Source: Paragordius varius (Eukaryota > Animalia > Nematomorpha). Taken from it: a DNA stretch of 64,000 nt. The stretch is from contig OZ176059.1 in the NCBI GenBank assembly GCA_964247055.1, forward strand, positions 124,001 through 188,000. The letters run 5' to 3'. A program made the position numbers and the translations under genes. Position 1 is the first letter of the stretch, and every line of letters starts with the position of its first letter. Under the pieces are notes generated by a model that made no database searches, was not told the DNA's origin, and saw only the letters and a program-made list of their open reading frames with translations. Positions 39,126 to 51,929 of this stretch are shown here, one piece after another.

Positions 39126-39476
39126 TATAGCTCTTAGTTTTCTAAATAAACTAGATGGCGAAGTTTTATTTTTATATTATCTATTTACCACACATTAACC
39201 GAAAAAAACGTCCCATATTTTTGTGTTGTAAGAGGGAGAAATTTAAATATTTTTAATTATTTTACATTTTATTCTTTATTTTCCATTTTTATAAATATAT
39301 ATGTTTCCATGCTATTATACCGTATTGCATACGTATCGTAAAAATATTGCATCCTTCAAAAATACATTACTAACATTTATTATTAAATTAGAACACATAA
39401 ATATTAAATTAACAACAAAAGCAACAAATATAAAGTCAATCAAATTATTTATTTGCCATATTCTTCCATTCAAACT

Positions 39477-39637
39477 TTATTCTTTTTTGGCATTGATAAG
39501 TTTTGTGGTCAGATCTAATAAGAGGTATTTGGGTAACGGTTCACAATGTGTTCCATCAAAATCATACACATGCTGTTTGATCTATTAAATGCAAAAAGAA
39601 TTAATTACTAACCGTTAAATGTGAATAATGTTTTCAA

Positions 39638-39674
<37 letters not shown>

Positions 39675-42600
39675 ATTGTATATATATAAGATTGAAATAA
39701 ATAAAGTTTGGTATAGCTAGCTACTATATAGATAAAACTGAATTTAAGCCCCGCATGTCTAATTTATTAGCGTTTAAATCAGGGGTGTCCAATACAAATA
39801 ACTTGAAAAGCCACATTTTCACCCTCAAAATCAGAAGAGCCGCATTTAAAATATGATCAAAAATATCAATTTTTTTTACCATAATAAACATATATAGATT
39901 AATTTTCATATAAATAACAAAATAATTAGTTTAAATATTATAATATTGCTAGATTTGCTGTTAAATTGTAGTAATTGTAAAAACAAATAATTTGATGAAT
40001 ACATGTACAAATCAAACTTAATTTTTTAAATATATCTACCATTAAGCACAAATTTAGAATCTACCCAATAAGTCTCGACAAATTGATGATTTTTTTCAAT
40101 AACTTAAATTTATCCCACCCTGAATTCATGCTAAAATTGTGTTTTGCATGCCATTTTTAAATATTTAAAAGAATATATCAGAAATATATATATATATATA
40201 TGGGCTACCGAGGAATCTTTTAAAAAATAAATCCCGACATCTTAATAAAGATCAATATTAACAATGCACTGCTTGTTTTACAACGACCCAAGTAGTAGAA
40301 ATGTAGTTATTTTTGAACCATTAAAAAATCTATTGAGAATACAGGAATATGGCTCTTTACGTTAATAAATAAAACAACATTTAATGCAAATATTTTCGAA
40401 TACGTAATTTAAACTCTAACAATTTGAGTATTACTATATTAAAAAGGGGACTGTAGTTTTCAGAAATATGACTCTTTCCCTAAATAATTGACAAAATAGT
40501 AAAACTTGTTATTATATGGACAAAACGAAAAAACATAAAGACTACTCTTCAAATTATTTTTTAATATAAAACTATTGTTTTCATTGCAAAATAATAAATA
40601 GAGATCTATATTGGAAGAACTATCAATTATATATATTTTCCAATTGTAATTAAATAATTTATATGGGAAATATAAAATTTTAAAAAAGTTTGGTTTTCAT
40701 TGAGAAAAAAATATTTGTTTCAATATTTTTACATTTTGTCGGTATAATTTCAATTATTATATATCATAAGGTTTTTATTTCAAATCATTTTTACAACGCT
40801 TATTGTAAAAAATAGACTCGAATGTTATTCAAGGTAACAGCTAATTAACCTAAATTTACTATCTGGCATTAAACTTCATTTTTAAAAACTCACATATAAT
40901 TGATTAAATTTATGGTAGATGTTGGCACAAACTATTTAATAAAATTAACCACCTGTGTATTTTTTGTGGAAATTAAATGTTATTGGAAACACACTATGCT
41001 AAATCATAAATTAGTAAAATGTATATTAATTTTCACCTTAATTACTCCTATATATTTAATCGCATTTTCTGGATATTTAAAGCTTATCATTTAATATTTC
41101 CCATAATTTTTAGCCCCTCACCCCAAATTTTAGACACTATATTATATATATATATATATACTATGCTTAAAGCTTCAAGCAAGGTAGGCGTGTTTGCAGT
41201 CTTAATTTCATTATTTTCATTTGTGGTTTCGTTATTTTCATTGGCATTATCGCTTCCATTATGGTGTGTTTGTTGAATTACAAGTTCTGTCTTTGGTTTA
41301 ATTATGTCTATATCAACAAAATAATATTAGAGTAAAGTTAATTATTATGAACACAAAGATAAATATATGATTAATCTCAACTATAGCCAAAATTTATTAC
41401 ATAATAAAAAATGAGGATGATTAGATTAACAATAAAAAAATAACGCTAATCAATGTATTAATTTGTTTTAAACAATTTTTTTTTTCGAAAAAATTTACCA
41501 AAAAAACGAAGTTATACGGACAAAACGTCAAAATATTTTTTTTTCTCAAACATACTTTTTTAAATCATAATATATCCTAAAACATTTAATTACAATCGTA
41601 AAATACATAAATGATTGTATTTAACCAATATATATCTCTATATACATAATTTACAGACAATAAGTTATATTTAAATAGATCAAGGCATAAAAAGTATGGT
41701 TGTCTAATCGAAAAAAAAATATTGGTCTTTATGTTTTAATACATTTAGTCCGTATAAATTTAATTTTGACTGTAATAATACCATCCCAAATACAAAAATG
41801 TAAGCTAGATCAGGGGTGTCCAAAAACGCATCCCGCGCTCATAAAACCTCAGTAAAATTAATATATCCTATACAACATTTCTACGAGCTAGAAAATATTC
41901 TTATACTCTATTTATATTTTACAGTCTTATGTTTGAAATCTCATAAAATATTTATTATTTCCCATATATTGAATAGACCCGCCAAGCCATTTGCGTGGGA
42001 CGCCGCTGATCTAGATATAGCTAAATCTATATATTTAATATAGATTCATACCAGTTAATGATTTTATTCAATTTTTATCAGAAGAACACTTTATAAACTA
42101 CTTGCATTAAGAATATACCATTTACAGTTCAAATTCACCCTTGAACAATTCAAATATACCCTTGATTAATTTTAATTCACCCTAAAAATAAATTATGTGT
42201 TTTCGAACACTCATTACTAATATAATATATATCTTATATCAATTCATATTCTTTCAGTATAATTTTAATTTAAACAAAATTTTATTTTTAAAAAATATTT
42301 TATGGAGGGTGAATTTGAATTGTTCAAGGGTGACTTTTAAGGGTGAATTTAAATAAATGGTATATTTCTTATTAAATAGGGAATAAACCTTGGAAATTCG
42401 GGGATACAAATACGGCATCATCGATTGTGTTGAGTGGTTGAGATAACAAATTTCTCAAATAACCATTATTTTCAGGCGTAAAAATATTAGGATATCTATT
42501 GGTAAATATATGATAAGGTAATATGTTTTATGAACTCAGACAAAAAATAGATGTACAGGGTTAATATTTTATCCATTTATATAATAATAATTAAAGAGCA

Positions 42601-45600
42601 TTAACTCGAAAACATATATATGAAAAACTTAATAATTTTTTAAAAAGATTGAGATTCGCTTTTAATTACAGTAAAAATTGGAATTATACGAACGAAATGT
42701 AAAAATATAAGAAAATTATTATTTTTCAAACGACAACCTTTTTAAACCTTGATTTTATTCTCCGAAAATCAATTAAAGACAATAATAAAATATACCATTT
42801 CATTCGAATTCACCCTAAAAATAAAATTATGAATTTTTAAATATAAAATATATTTTATACTTTATTATTTTTTCAGTATTATTTAAATGTTGAAAACACA
42901 TAATTTATTCAAAGGTAAATTTGAATTGTTCATGGATGATTTTGAAGTTGGTAACATAATTGATTCTCTTATTAATTTACATCTTTATTCCATACTTTGC
43001 CTTAAACAATGAATCTTAATTAAAAAATTAAAATTTAAAAAATATAGTTAGTTGTCTTTTAGAAAAAACATTTGTCTTTATATTTTTACGTTTTGTCCGT
43101 TTTAATTTCAATTTTTACTGTAATACCCAATACATTAATTGATTAATTGATACTTGTTGGAATATACGCTGAGAATAAGATTATTGATTGGGTTAGATAA
43201 TAAACCATCTCTAAAACGAAAGCGTAACATGAATGAAGGAAATATAATATGCAATATAACCATATAAACATGATTTCAACAACATAATTATTTTTAAATA
43301 TTAAAAGTAATTTAGATTTGGTTTTTTCCATTATTCCAAACTATGAGAAAACTAACCAGTTCTATAGAACTAAAATTATTGTCATACACAATTTTTTTAT
43401 TTAAAATGCTTATGAAGGTATCTGATAAAATTATTAACATCTCTAGGATTAAATTTTTTTAGTAATTGCTAACAATAAAATAAACACTTTGGAGTTGGTT
43501 AAATGGTTTCCTTTTCTGATAAAAATAGTTTAAATGACCCCAATAAAGTTATGTCTGTAACTGTATTAGATCGCCTTTTCTTTACTAATGGTAAAGATGA
43601 ATTAAACCATACTTAGACTTTCATTCTACAGTTATAACTCTTAATAAAAACGGGTTTTAACAGTTCCTACACCTAAGCAAAAAACTTGATCGATTATAAA
43701 TGTTAGAATTTTTATTTTAAAAATCAATGAAAAACAATCTTAAATTTTTCTTTGGAAAAATAAAAATTTACAAAAATTCAAAATAGGAAAAATATAAAAT
43801 ATACCCAATGTTCATTATTTCATCTTCAGTCCGACGGACAAATATAATTTTATTGTTTTGATTGCTATATGTTTTATATAAAAAACATATACTTTTATAC
43901 ATAGGGGCAAAAAAATGTTTTGATTGATAGAATAAAAAATCGTTCAAAAAATTATTTTATACCCAATTAAATATTGCACTGTACGGAGATCGAGATATCG
44001 TCTAACTGTATACAACACTAAAGATTCTATACAAAAATTTTAAAACTAATATATATATATATATATATTTTTGTTTTTAAAATTATATATATATTAAAAA
44101 CATTGATCCTTGATTAATTTTTTTTTCATTAAAAAAATTTGGGTTATATTTTACCAAATTGAAATATTAACAGATGCAAAAAAACAGCAATATTAAATGA
44201 CAAATTTTATTTTTGCCGTTTTACCTATAAGGGATGGCATTCGATTAACCGCTAAGGGAAGTATATCGTCAAATGCTGCATCTAAAATCTGTAAAGCACA
44301 ATGAAATAGGAATATAAATACAGTTATGATAGTTATGATAATTCAAAGCAAAATATATATGTGTTCGTAGTTTTAAAAAGTAATAGTTTAAGACATATTT
44401 GGACAAAAAACTATCACTTCAAATTAGTTTAAAAATAAGTCGTCAACATTTTCATTTAAACAAATGCATTTTTTAGTTTTGATTGATTGGCAACACAGTA
44501 GTGTATGGGAAAAAACAATAAAATTATGATTTTAAACAATTTTTTCCTATATCTCATTCCTGTGTTTATTTTATTCAACACCTTTTGTTGTCTTTTATAC
44601 ACTACTGTGTCGCGCCAATTCAACTACCATAGTGTGAATAAGTCAGCTGAAATATAGTTATAATGTAAAACTACTTAAGCTACTAATTTATACCGTAATA
44701 ATAATAAATGTATTTATAAAATATACGATTCCAAGCAAATTGGGGTATTTAGAGGCGGCCCATGTAGCCGGGTAACAGCCTATAGACCAAGCATATATAA
44801 TTATATGGGTTGAAGGAAACCCCAACTCCGTTATAGCGTATTGCATGACGGCATCCATGAAAGCTACATCCGTTAATGGATAAGGTTTCCCCTATTGTAA
44901 ACGATTAGTAAAATATGATAAAATATTAAAAAGACTATAATATGTTAAAGTTATTTAGTTTATAAACAATAAAACTTGAAATTATACGGTAGGACAAAAT
45001 GTAATAATATAAAAACAAATATTTTTTAACTCTAAAAACAAGAAAATTCTTTTGTTTTGAAAACCTGAAGTTTTTTTTACATATAATTCATAATTTTTTG
45101 TGTTAACAATATACATCTCTATTTAATACAGACAAATAGAACAATACGTTAAAAAAATCAAGCTTGAAAAAGTATGGTTAGTTGTCTTTTAGAAAAAAAA
45201 TATTTGTCTTTATATTTTTACGTTTTGTCCATAGTATAATTCCATTCTTTACTTACTGTATAAAACTTGATTATTTTTTATCATCCAACTCACATTGTAT
45301 TGGGTTGCAAAATAAGGAATAGAGATGTAAATTACAGTAAAAATTGAATATATATGGACAAAACGTAAAAATATAAAACAAATATTTTTTTCTAAGAGAC
45401 AACCATAGCTTTTCAAACCTAAATGAAGAGTATTAAAATATTTAATGACAAGCCTAAAATACTTAATTGATTAGGTTACCAATATAAATCTTTATGTCAT
45501 ACTTTGGAAATAAAAACAATGAGTTAAATATAAATTCAAGATTAAATGAGTATGATTGTCTTTTAGAAAAAAATATTTATCTTTATATTATTATGTTTAG

Positions 45601-45830
45601 TTAGTATAATATCAATTTTTACTGTAGTAACCTAAATTTGTGATCATTCAATTTGCATAGAAAAAAATAGGGTTTTATAAAGTATGGCGGTTCTTTATTC
45701 AACATACATATTTGTGTTTAATTTCATATTTTTTATCGTTATCACTCTAATTTTAACTGGTATACAAATTAATTCTATATAAAAACAAAAATTGGAACAG
45801 AGTATTTTAGGCATGTTTTGGAAAAAACAA

Positions 45831-45869
<39 letters not shown>

Positions 45870-47817
45870 CAATGGTGAGACTTAATTAAAAAATAAGTTC
45901 ATAAAAGCTTGAGTTATTCATATTATAAATTTAAATGTATGAAAATTATTTAATAGTTGATATATTGTATTTAATCTTATGTTGGGGAAAAATTTGATAT
46001 GATGATAATTTAAAATTTGTAGGAATTTTATCAATTATTAACTTTTTTTTAAAATATATTTTTTAAAGATTGTAAAGATATAAACTTACAGTAGAGGCGG
46101 CAAAACCGGGATGATTCCAACCCAACACACTATAACCCGTTCCAATGAATAAATTCATGCTACCAAATTCATAATAACTGGCATTTCCTTCGCACGTAAT
46201 AATCTATATAAGTATATGTATTTTAATCAAACGCAACATTAATTTCCTAATTTAAAGATAAATTTTTTTTATTTTATAACAATTTATTATTATAACACAT
46301 ATCAGTCAAAAACAAAATTTTTTTCAAGCAAACGCAACATTTTTTTTAGTTCAGTTTAAAAAAAATGTTGTTTTTGGTTGAAAAAGTGTCGCTTTTGACT
46401 GAGAAATGTTAGATGTGTCGTTTCGTTTATAGGCGATTAATAAATTTATCACAAATATGTAAAAAAAATTATGATACAATATACAGTAAAAATTGTAATT
46501 ATACGGAGAAAACGTAAAAACATAAAGACAAATTCTTATCTAAAAGACAACCATACTTTTTATAACCTTAAATTTTCTCATATAAACTACTAGTTAAAAT
46601 TGTAAAATATAAAAAATTGATTAGGTTAGTATTATACATCTTTATTTCACACTTTAAATTTAAAACAATGATTTATATTGATGAAAATCTAAATTTTAAA
46701 AAGTATGGGTCTTTTAGATTTGTCTTTATATTTTACGTTTGGTCCGTATAATATCAGTTTTTACTGTATATATGGGCATTCATAAGGAATTTATTAGATT
46801 ACATATATATAAAACTAGAAAATGCTAACACAATATAACATTTTTTCTAGCTTGTTGCCTATTGTATAGACTTATTTAGAAAACAATTGTTTAAGAAACA
46901 TTAATTTTTCCAAATTTTATGTTGATATTTTTAACCAAATTTTTCACGGGCCGCATGTTGGTCACACCTCTGCTTTAATATATATATGTGGTTTCTAAAA
47001 ACAGCAAATAATAATTTCATGGAGTTGTTATCTCGTTTTTTTTCCTATAAATATCTAAATAACTTTTACTTTTATACTCATGTCACTTTGTAATTAGTTA
47101 ATATTCATTCCAGTCTATGGTATAAAAAAACAAGGTAAAAATGTTTTATACCAAATATTCTCCCTTGGCATCTATTGAGTTGTCCGCCTTATTTGACAAG
47201 TAATCGACCTTTAAAGTTTCATCCGTAATATTAAATGTTAATGGTTTTTTAATGTTTTGAATAGTTTCTGGATGATTTGTAACATTTCTTTTATCAATAA
47301 ACATGGTATCAACCATATTACCATCGTATATGCTTAACTTGGCTCTTATACCATGGGCCTAAACAAAAATGATAAAAAAATTTTTTGCTTTTTTTTTCAA
47401 CTATAATATTCTAACGCAACAGATAAAATACTTAAAATACTAGAAATAAATTAACACATTTAATTATAAATATATATATATATAAAATACATTTTCTTAA
47501 AAAGAATTACACATCAATAACGACTATATAATAAGTAGGTCCAATTTTTTATCCTACCCTACTATACAAAACAACAATTTTTTTATCTAGGTACAGTAAA
47601 AATTGAAATTATACGGACAACACGTAAAAATATAAGGACAAACATTTTTATCTAAAATACAACCATACTATTATAAACCTATTGATTTTGTTAGTATTAT
47701 ATCTATCTCTATTTCACACTTTAACATTTTAAACAATGAGCCAAACAGTATGGTTGTCTCTTTAAAAAAATTGTCTTAATATTTTTACATATTGTCCGTA
47801 TAATTTTAATTTTTACC

Positions 47818-47857
<40 letters not shown>

Positions 47858-48526
47858 CAATCGAAAAATGGCATATTTTAAATTCATTACTAATATTATT
47901 CATAAATATATACCCGTGTTAAAAGTCGAAATCTCCCATCAATCAAATTGTCACCTACAATAAAAATCAAAAATATAATACGGACAAAACGTAAAAGTAT
48001 AAAGACAAAATTGGTTTTTCAAAAGACAACCAGTACTTTTTTAATCTTTAAACAATGGTTTTTAACTCAAAAAATCAAAGTTTACAAAAGTATGAGGTTG
48101 TCTTTTGAAAAAAATTGTCTTTATATTTTTACATTTTGTCAGTATAATGTCAATTTATATATACAATTTACAATTCAAATTCGCCCTTGAACATTTTAAA
48201 TTCACCCTAAAAATAAATTATGTGTTTTCGGGCAGCTAATATAACTCATCATTGATATGAAATATATCTTCATGGCATAATTTATTATTTTTTCAGTATT
48301 AATTTAATTTTACAAAATTTCTTTTGTAAAATAAATAAACACTACATAATTGATTTTTAGGGTAAATTTGAATTTTTCAAGGGTGAATTTAAAGTGAAAA
48401 TGGTATATCAAGTAGAAAAACAATTAATCTTTAACAAATAAATTGTTTTACTCATAAGATAATTCATGAGCTTTGTGGCGCCTGGATAAGCCATACTTAA
48501 CCCAAAGCTATGAGTCGCTAAAAAGC

Positions 48527-48570
<44 letters not shown>

Positions 48571-49389
48571 ATAAAAATAGAAATTATACTTATTATGGAC
48601 AAAACGTAAAGATATAAAGACATAATTTTTCTGTAAACGACAATCATACATTTTTAACCCTTTTTCTTGATGTAATATATTTACTACCACTGTAAAATAT
48701 GTAATTGATTGTGTTATAAATAATTACATCTCTACTTCATATACTTTGCCATTTTAAAGAATGAGTTGAAATTGAAAAGAAAATATTTGTCGATATATTT
48801 TTACATTTTGTCCGTATAATTTCAATTGTAACATTATATATATATATATATATATATATTAAAGGTAAGCAAATTAACAATTAAGGATACTCCAAAACAA
48901 TAACCGCATCATTTTAGCATTGATATATAAAATACATTATAACTAATGACTAAATCATATTTTAATCATTAATTTCTAAAATTCTTGCTTAATTTTTTAT
49001 AAAAATATTTTAATATTAATATATATATATATATATATATTTCATTCATTTATCGATTTAAAAATCAATTTAAAATAATGAATTGGAGGTTTTGTTATCT
49101 TATCCAATTTTTATAATTTGAAAAGAAGTGTAAGTAAGATGCTTAACAAATTTTGGATAAAGAATTGATAAGGGAGCAAAGAATTATATTAAAGAGTGGT
49201 ATTCAAAAATTATCCTTTTTCTAAATCAAATACTTAAACCCTAATATATGTATATTGTATAAAATAAAATAAATTATTTTATATACGTATATATTTATAT
49301 ATATATGATAATTATCGAATAAAAAATTTATCAAACTGTGAAACTTTTATGATATTTATTGAAAATCTAATAATTGCAAAATTAGAAAC

Positions 49390-49424
<35 letters not shown>

Positions 49425-49865
49425 CTTTCTAATCAAAACCAAAAACAATGGTTGTTTTTTATTAGAGTTTTACATTTTATAAACCGGTAAAAATAGATCT
49501 CAAACAAAAATTATTTCAAAATTATCTGGATTGCGCGATAAAAAACTTGTGTATAAGATGCTATTTTAGATCCAACACAAATGGCTTCGCGGGTCGCATT
49601 TGAAAATATATGAACATTCATATTTATATAATTTAATTAGCTAAACATTTTTATCTAGTTCATGCCAGTCGAAAATAAACAAATTAGAAAAAATTTTTAA
49701 CAAAATATTGATTTTATTAAGATTTTATTAGTATATTTTTACAAATTCAAAATATCCAGCAGAATCATCGCGGGCCGCGTGTTAGCTATCCCTGTTTTAT
49801 TATAAAATAATCAATCAAATGTCAAAAAATGCAACTAATCCAACATATTACTAGGTGTTAAAAAG

Positions 49866-49909
<44 letters not shown>

Positions 49910-51929
49910 TTATATATATAGTTAAGAAACGCCCTTATAATTTAAGCACAAAAAAATGGTTTTAGTATGTCAATTTATAAATATAGCCATATAAGGATGA
50001 AAACAAAAATCTCATTACCTTAAAATATTGAAGGCATATCTTTTAAATTGATTCATAACAATGTTAAATTCATCGGTTTCCATGTTTGAATTAGTTTTTG
50101 AAAGTTGTCGATTGTTGGCATTCAAAAGTACATTTGTTAAGGAAAAATCTTTATCATTTACGTTTGATGACATACAATTTAGTATTTTGAGGTCAGGACT
50201 AATTTAAAATATTATTATAAATACTACACATTACAACACACCTTTAATTTTACTATAAGTAAAATCTATAAGAAAATATAAAGACAAATATTTTTTCTAA
50301 AAAAAGCCATACTTTTTATATCTAGATTTATAATTTAAATGGTGTGTAGAAATTTATAATAATAACAAAATTAATTCTATATTTTACAATTTTAACTAAA
50401 TAGCTTATATGAAAAAGAATAAGGTTTTGAAAAGTATGGTTGTATTTTAAAAAATATTTGTCTTTAGATTTTTAATTTTTATCGTAATTTTAATTTTTAC
50501 TGTATATTAGTTTTTTTTACAGATATAAGATATGACACAATTGTTATCCTTGGGGTTTCATAGTAAAAGTCAAGGGTTAAAAAATATGCCCCCTACAAAA
50601 ATATATTTGTCATTTGGGATTTTTCGTTTTTTATTTTTATCATTTATTATTAATGTGCAGTAAAAATTGGAATACACTATGAAGAAAACGTTAAAAAATA
50701 AAGAGAAATATTTTTTTGTAAAAAAGACAACCCCATACTTTTTCAAACCTTGATTTTTTAATCATAACTCATCGTTAAAAATTCAAAGTATCAAATAGAG
50801 AGATGTATATTGGTGATAAAAACAATTATATATTTTACAAAGGTAATTAAATATTGTCTTTGAAGAAAGGTTTTAAAAAGTATGGGGTTGTCTCTTTTGA
50901 AAATATCTTTTATATTTTTACGTTTTGTTCGATAATTTTTAATATCTGGGGTATTTATAGGGTAAATTTTATATTAACTTTGATTACCTATAATCATTAT
51001 AAATGGGACAGTTTATATTAAAATTTTGCAATTATCAAAAAATAGTTTACCTTTAAATAAAAAATATTGGTATCAGGCTGCCAAAATCAATTTTATCAAT
51101 TAATTATACAAAAAAAAATATTTGAAAGTAAAAAGTTTAAGTATTTTTAACATTTAAGTTTTTTTTGCATATAATGCGACAAGAGAGGGCATATTTGTTA
51201 ATATTTATCTTGATAATGAATATTTGAAAAATATAAATTCTAATGTACGTAACGAAGGGAAAATTGAATTTCAATAAATAAATATTTCATTTTCTTTTGT
51301 TACAAAATTACCATTCGGAAACAAGCATATTAGGTGGCCATGAGCCTAAATCGAAATCATACTGTCGTAAAAAGTGCTAAAATTGAATAATAATTTATAC
51401 TTTTAATGTTTTTTTATGTTGTGGAGATGACATATTTTTACGATATGATATCATGATTTGGCGATATTGTGCATAAAACGTTAAGTAATCTTGATTTCGT
51501 AGGCGACCAAAACCCTTTAAAAACTGTCCGATCCCAAAAACAAATATAACGGTAAATAAAATTTTAGTATAAATTTGTAGGTTTGTATGAGACCACATAA
51601 GTGAATCTAATATAGTTATTTAAAACATAATTGTCATACGATTTCGTAGCATCATTACAAAGAAGATTGGACAAGTATATTTAATTGCGATTTTAATTAA
51701 TATAGTCTATACATGTTATAAAACTATATTAAACTGTATTTATGATTTTTTCGCCAACCAATTCCGTATAATTTTGCTCATAATACTTTAACTATAAAAT
51801 ATAAATTAAATTACTTTAGGAGTTGTCATAGTATATAATTTAGGTCCATAAACAACTTCCCAAAATTCAGAAAAAAAATTTTTCATCTTAACTTACCAGC
51901 GTGGTTATAACATCAAAATGCTGCATCAT
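39477..51929 (-). CDS. ABHD16A: ABHD16A/BAT5-like alpha/beta-hydrolase (phosphatidylserine lipase family), ~580 aa; extreme 5' end uncertain
   Basis: Phase-consistent GT-AG exons: 51929-51897, 51706-51640, 51606-51401, 51361-51312, 50198-50019, 48525-48452, 47954-47914, 47358-47152, 46203-46090, 44891-44727, 44288-44225, 44026-43963, 43864-43805, 43210-43154, 42495-42389, 41307-41162, 39581-39477. Diagnostic motifs: LKGFGRLRNQDY, YDFDLGSWP, DGNMVDTMFIDKR, CEGNASYYE, GYSVLGWNHPGF, IIIYAWSIG, ILDAAFDD, RRTEDEI, DGTHCEPLP. Confidence 0.92.
41811..42008. mobile_element. hAT-Charlie-type MITE
   Basis: Ends CAGGGGTGTCC...GGGACGCCGCTG. The 8-bp TSD AGCTAGAT/ATCTAGAT (7/8) fits the NTCTAGAN target preference of Charlie elements. 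Related ends lie at 18278, 23259-23557, 25090, 39780, 46970 and 49794. Confidence 0.8.
42114..42364. mobile_element. Second MITE family (TIR TATACCATTT, internal ~21-bp TTCAAGGGTGAATTTGAATTG repeats)
   Basis: Inverted ends ATATACCATTT / AAATGGTATAT. Other copies lie at ~42790-42950, 48170-48408, 60880-61180 and 62420-62660. Confidence 0.75.

Noticed and set aside
44727-44891. GC-rich island with several inverted repeats, first considered an ncRNA or ribozyme
   Set aside because: It is fully explained as the ABHD16A nucleophile exon (165 nt, phase 0-0, AWSIG).
47948-48190. ORF-track ORFs such as 47948-48190, 59473-59667, 63369-63557, 35783-35965 and 10633-10815
   Set aside because: They are chance ORFs across MITE TIRs (recurring IKIIRTK/VFIFLRFVRI strings), not genes.
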